64,000 nt of DNA from Malacoraja senta (taxonomy: Eukaryota): contig CM075985.1 in NCBI GenBank assembly GCA_038087875.1, forward strand, positions 18,848,001-18,912,000, in the 5' to 3' direction. The position numbers were made by a program, and so were the translations under genes. Under the pieces are notes generated by a model, which was given only the letters and a program-made list of their open reading frames with translations, had not been told where the DNA came from and made no database searches. How positions within the stretch are numbered: position 1 is the first letter of the stretch; every line of letters starts with the position of its first letter. This document shows, one piece after another, positions 62,811 to 64,000 of this stretch.

Positions 62811-64000
62811 CCTGCCCAAAATAACAAACTGCTTAAATCGCAGGCAGGAGGGAAATGGACAAGTGATGTTTCGGGTTGGGACACTTCTTTAAGCAGCGGA
62901 AAGTGTGGGGAAAGAGCTGGCAGGTGATAGATAGGATTCAGGTGGATTCCCATGTCCTTCAAGGTAAATATAGATGTCATTATTTTTGTTAAGCTACTAC
63001 AAATTATATCATCATTAACCTTTATATGACTGATGTTGGTCACCAGTGATTCTTTAAAAAGTCTCAGATTTTATATAGTTTATGAAGAAGCCTGTTTTTA
63101 CTAACCCTGTTAATGTCTGTGCATATTTCTCTGGTTCCATTTTTAATTGCTTCAGGCAATGTGACAAAACCTACAAAATGCATAAATGAAATTGCATCGA
63201 TCCTAATACACCTCATAGAACCTTCCAAATTAATTTCACTCATTTGGGAAAGGCAAATGGATAAATCAGATTAACTGATAGATACATCTTCATCACCTGC
63301 ATCTGTGGACAAAAATGCAAAACCATGATGTCCGACTAATTTTATTTTCCTGAGCCTCATCAAGTCATCCAGCACAAATCATTGGTTCCTTTAATAAAGG
63401 ATTGCAAAATAAGAATTCCACACAGATTCAATTCTACATTCAACATTTTCTTTTCAAATTTCTATTACTTTCCCAACACATTTTTCAAAAACTCTGACAA
63501 ATCTTAATCACGTTGCAGCAGTTATGAAGAACATAATGTGTGGAATTAGTTATTATTAAATAACCTAGAGAGTTGTTGCATTCTCTAATAATCTCCATTA
63601 ATATTACATAAAAGAAGTAGTTTCTCCAAAGTGACATAAAATGTTAAAATTATAATAATTATTAAAAGTGTTCACAAGAAAACATTTCAGGTTTTTATTT
63701 GAGTAAACAATGACAATTGATTCAATACGTCAATAGGTAATCGGTCTCTAGTGCAAATTAGAAACAAAATAAATTTTACTACTTACTAATAATTTATACA
63801 ACTTTAAAACAGCCATTTCAAGACAATTGGTTATCTTCCTAGACACAGATGTGTTGCTAAGATGGCACAATACCTGTAGATATTTTTACATTGTTTGAAT
63901 TCCTTCATTGAATTCCAATTTACATGGGAATTAAGGACATGATCCAATTGAAAGGATTTATTCTGATACGTTTAGAGAAAGCGAATTGCCGGGAAATTGT

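Overview
Eukaryotic, repeat-dense genomic DNA, most likely from a cartilaginous fish (skate/ray-like; inferred from HE1-type V-SINEs with (TAAAC)n tails, CR1, Penelope-like and Rex1/Babar elements). The only host protein-coding gene I can support is a complete six-exon pim3 kinase gene on the + strand (CDS 50669-53593, 323 aa, all GT-AG introns), with a CpG-island promoter and an AU-rich 3' UTR. The ~49 kb upstream and ~9 kb downstream are mostly transposon-derived, with one 159-N gap. The most striking structure is a 6.2-kb fold-back Penelope-like (RT + GIY-YIG) insertion at 18617-24820, bounded by an exact 16-bp target-site duplication. Its two arms point their 3' ends outward. The left arm is interrupted by a 1.6-kb copy of nearby genomic DNA (donor 26419-28021) carrying a CRE/ETS/TCF motif cluster, and the right arm holds a nested CR1. 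The same 3'-outward topology recurs in miniature among many hammerhead-motif pLTR mini-elements. A non-tRNA, GC-rich ~830-bp retroposon family with covarying 3' hairpins is also present. All alignments and mismatch counts were made by eye; no database searches were run.
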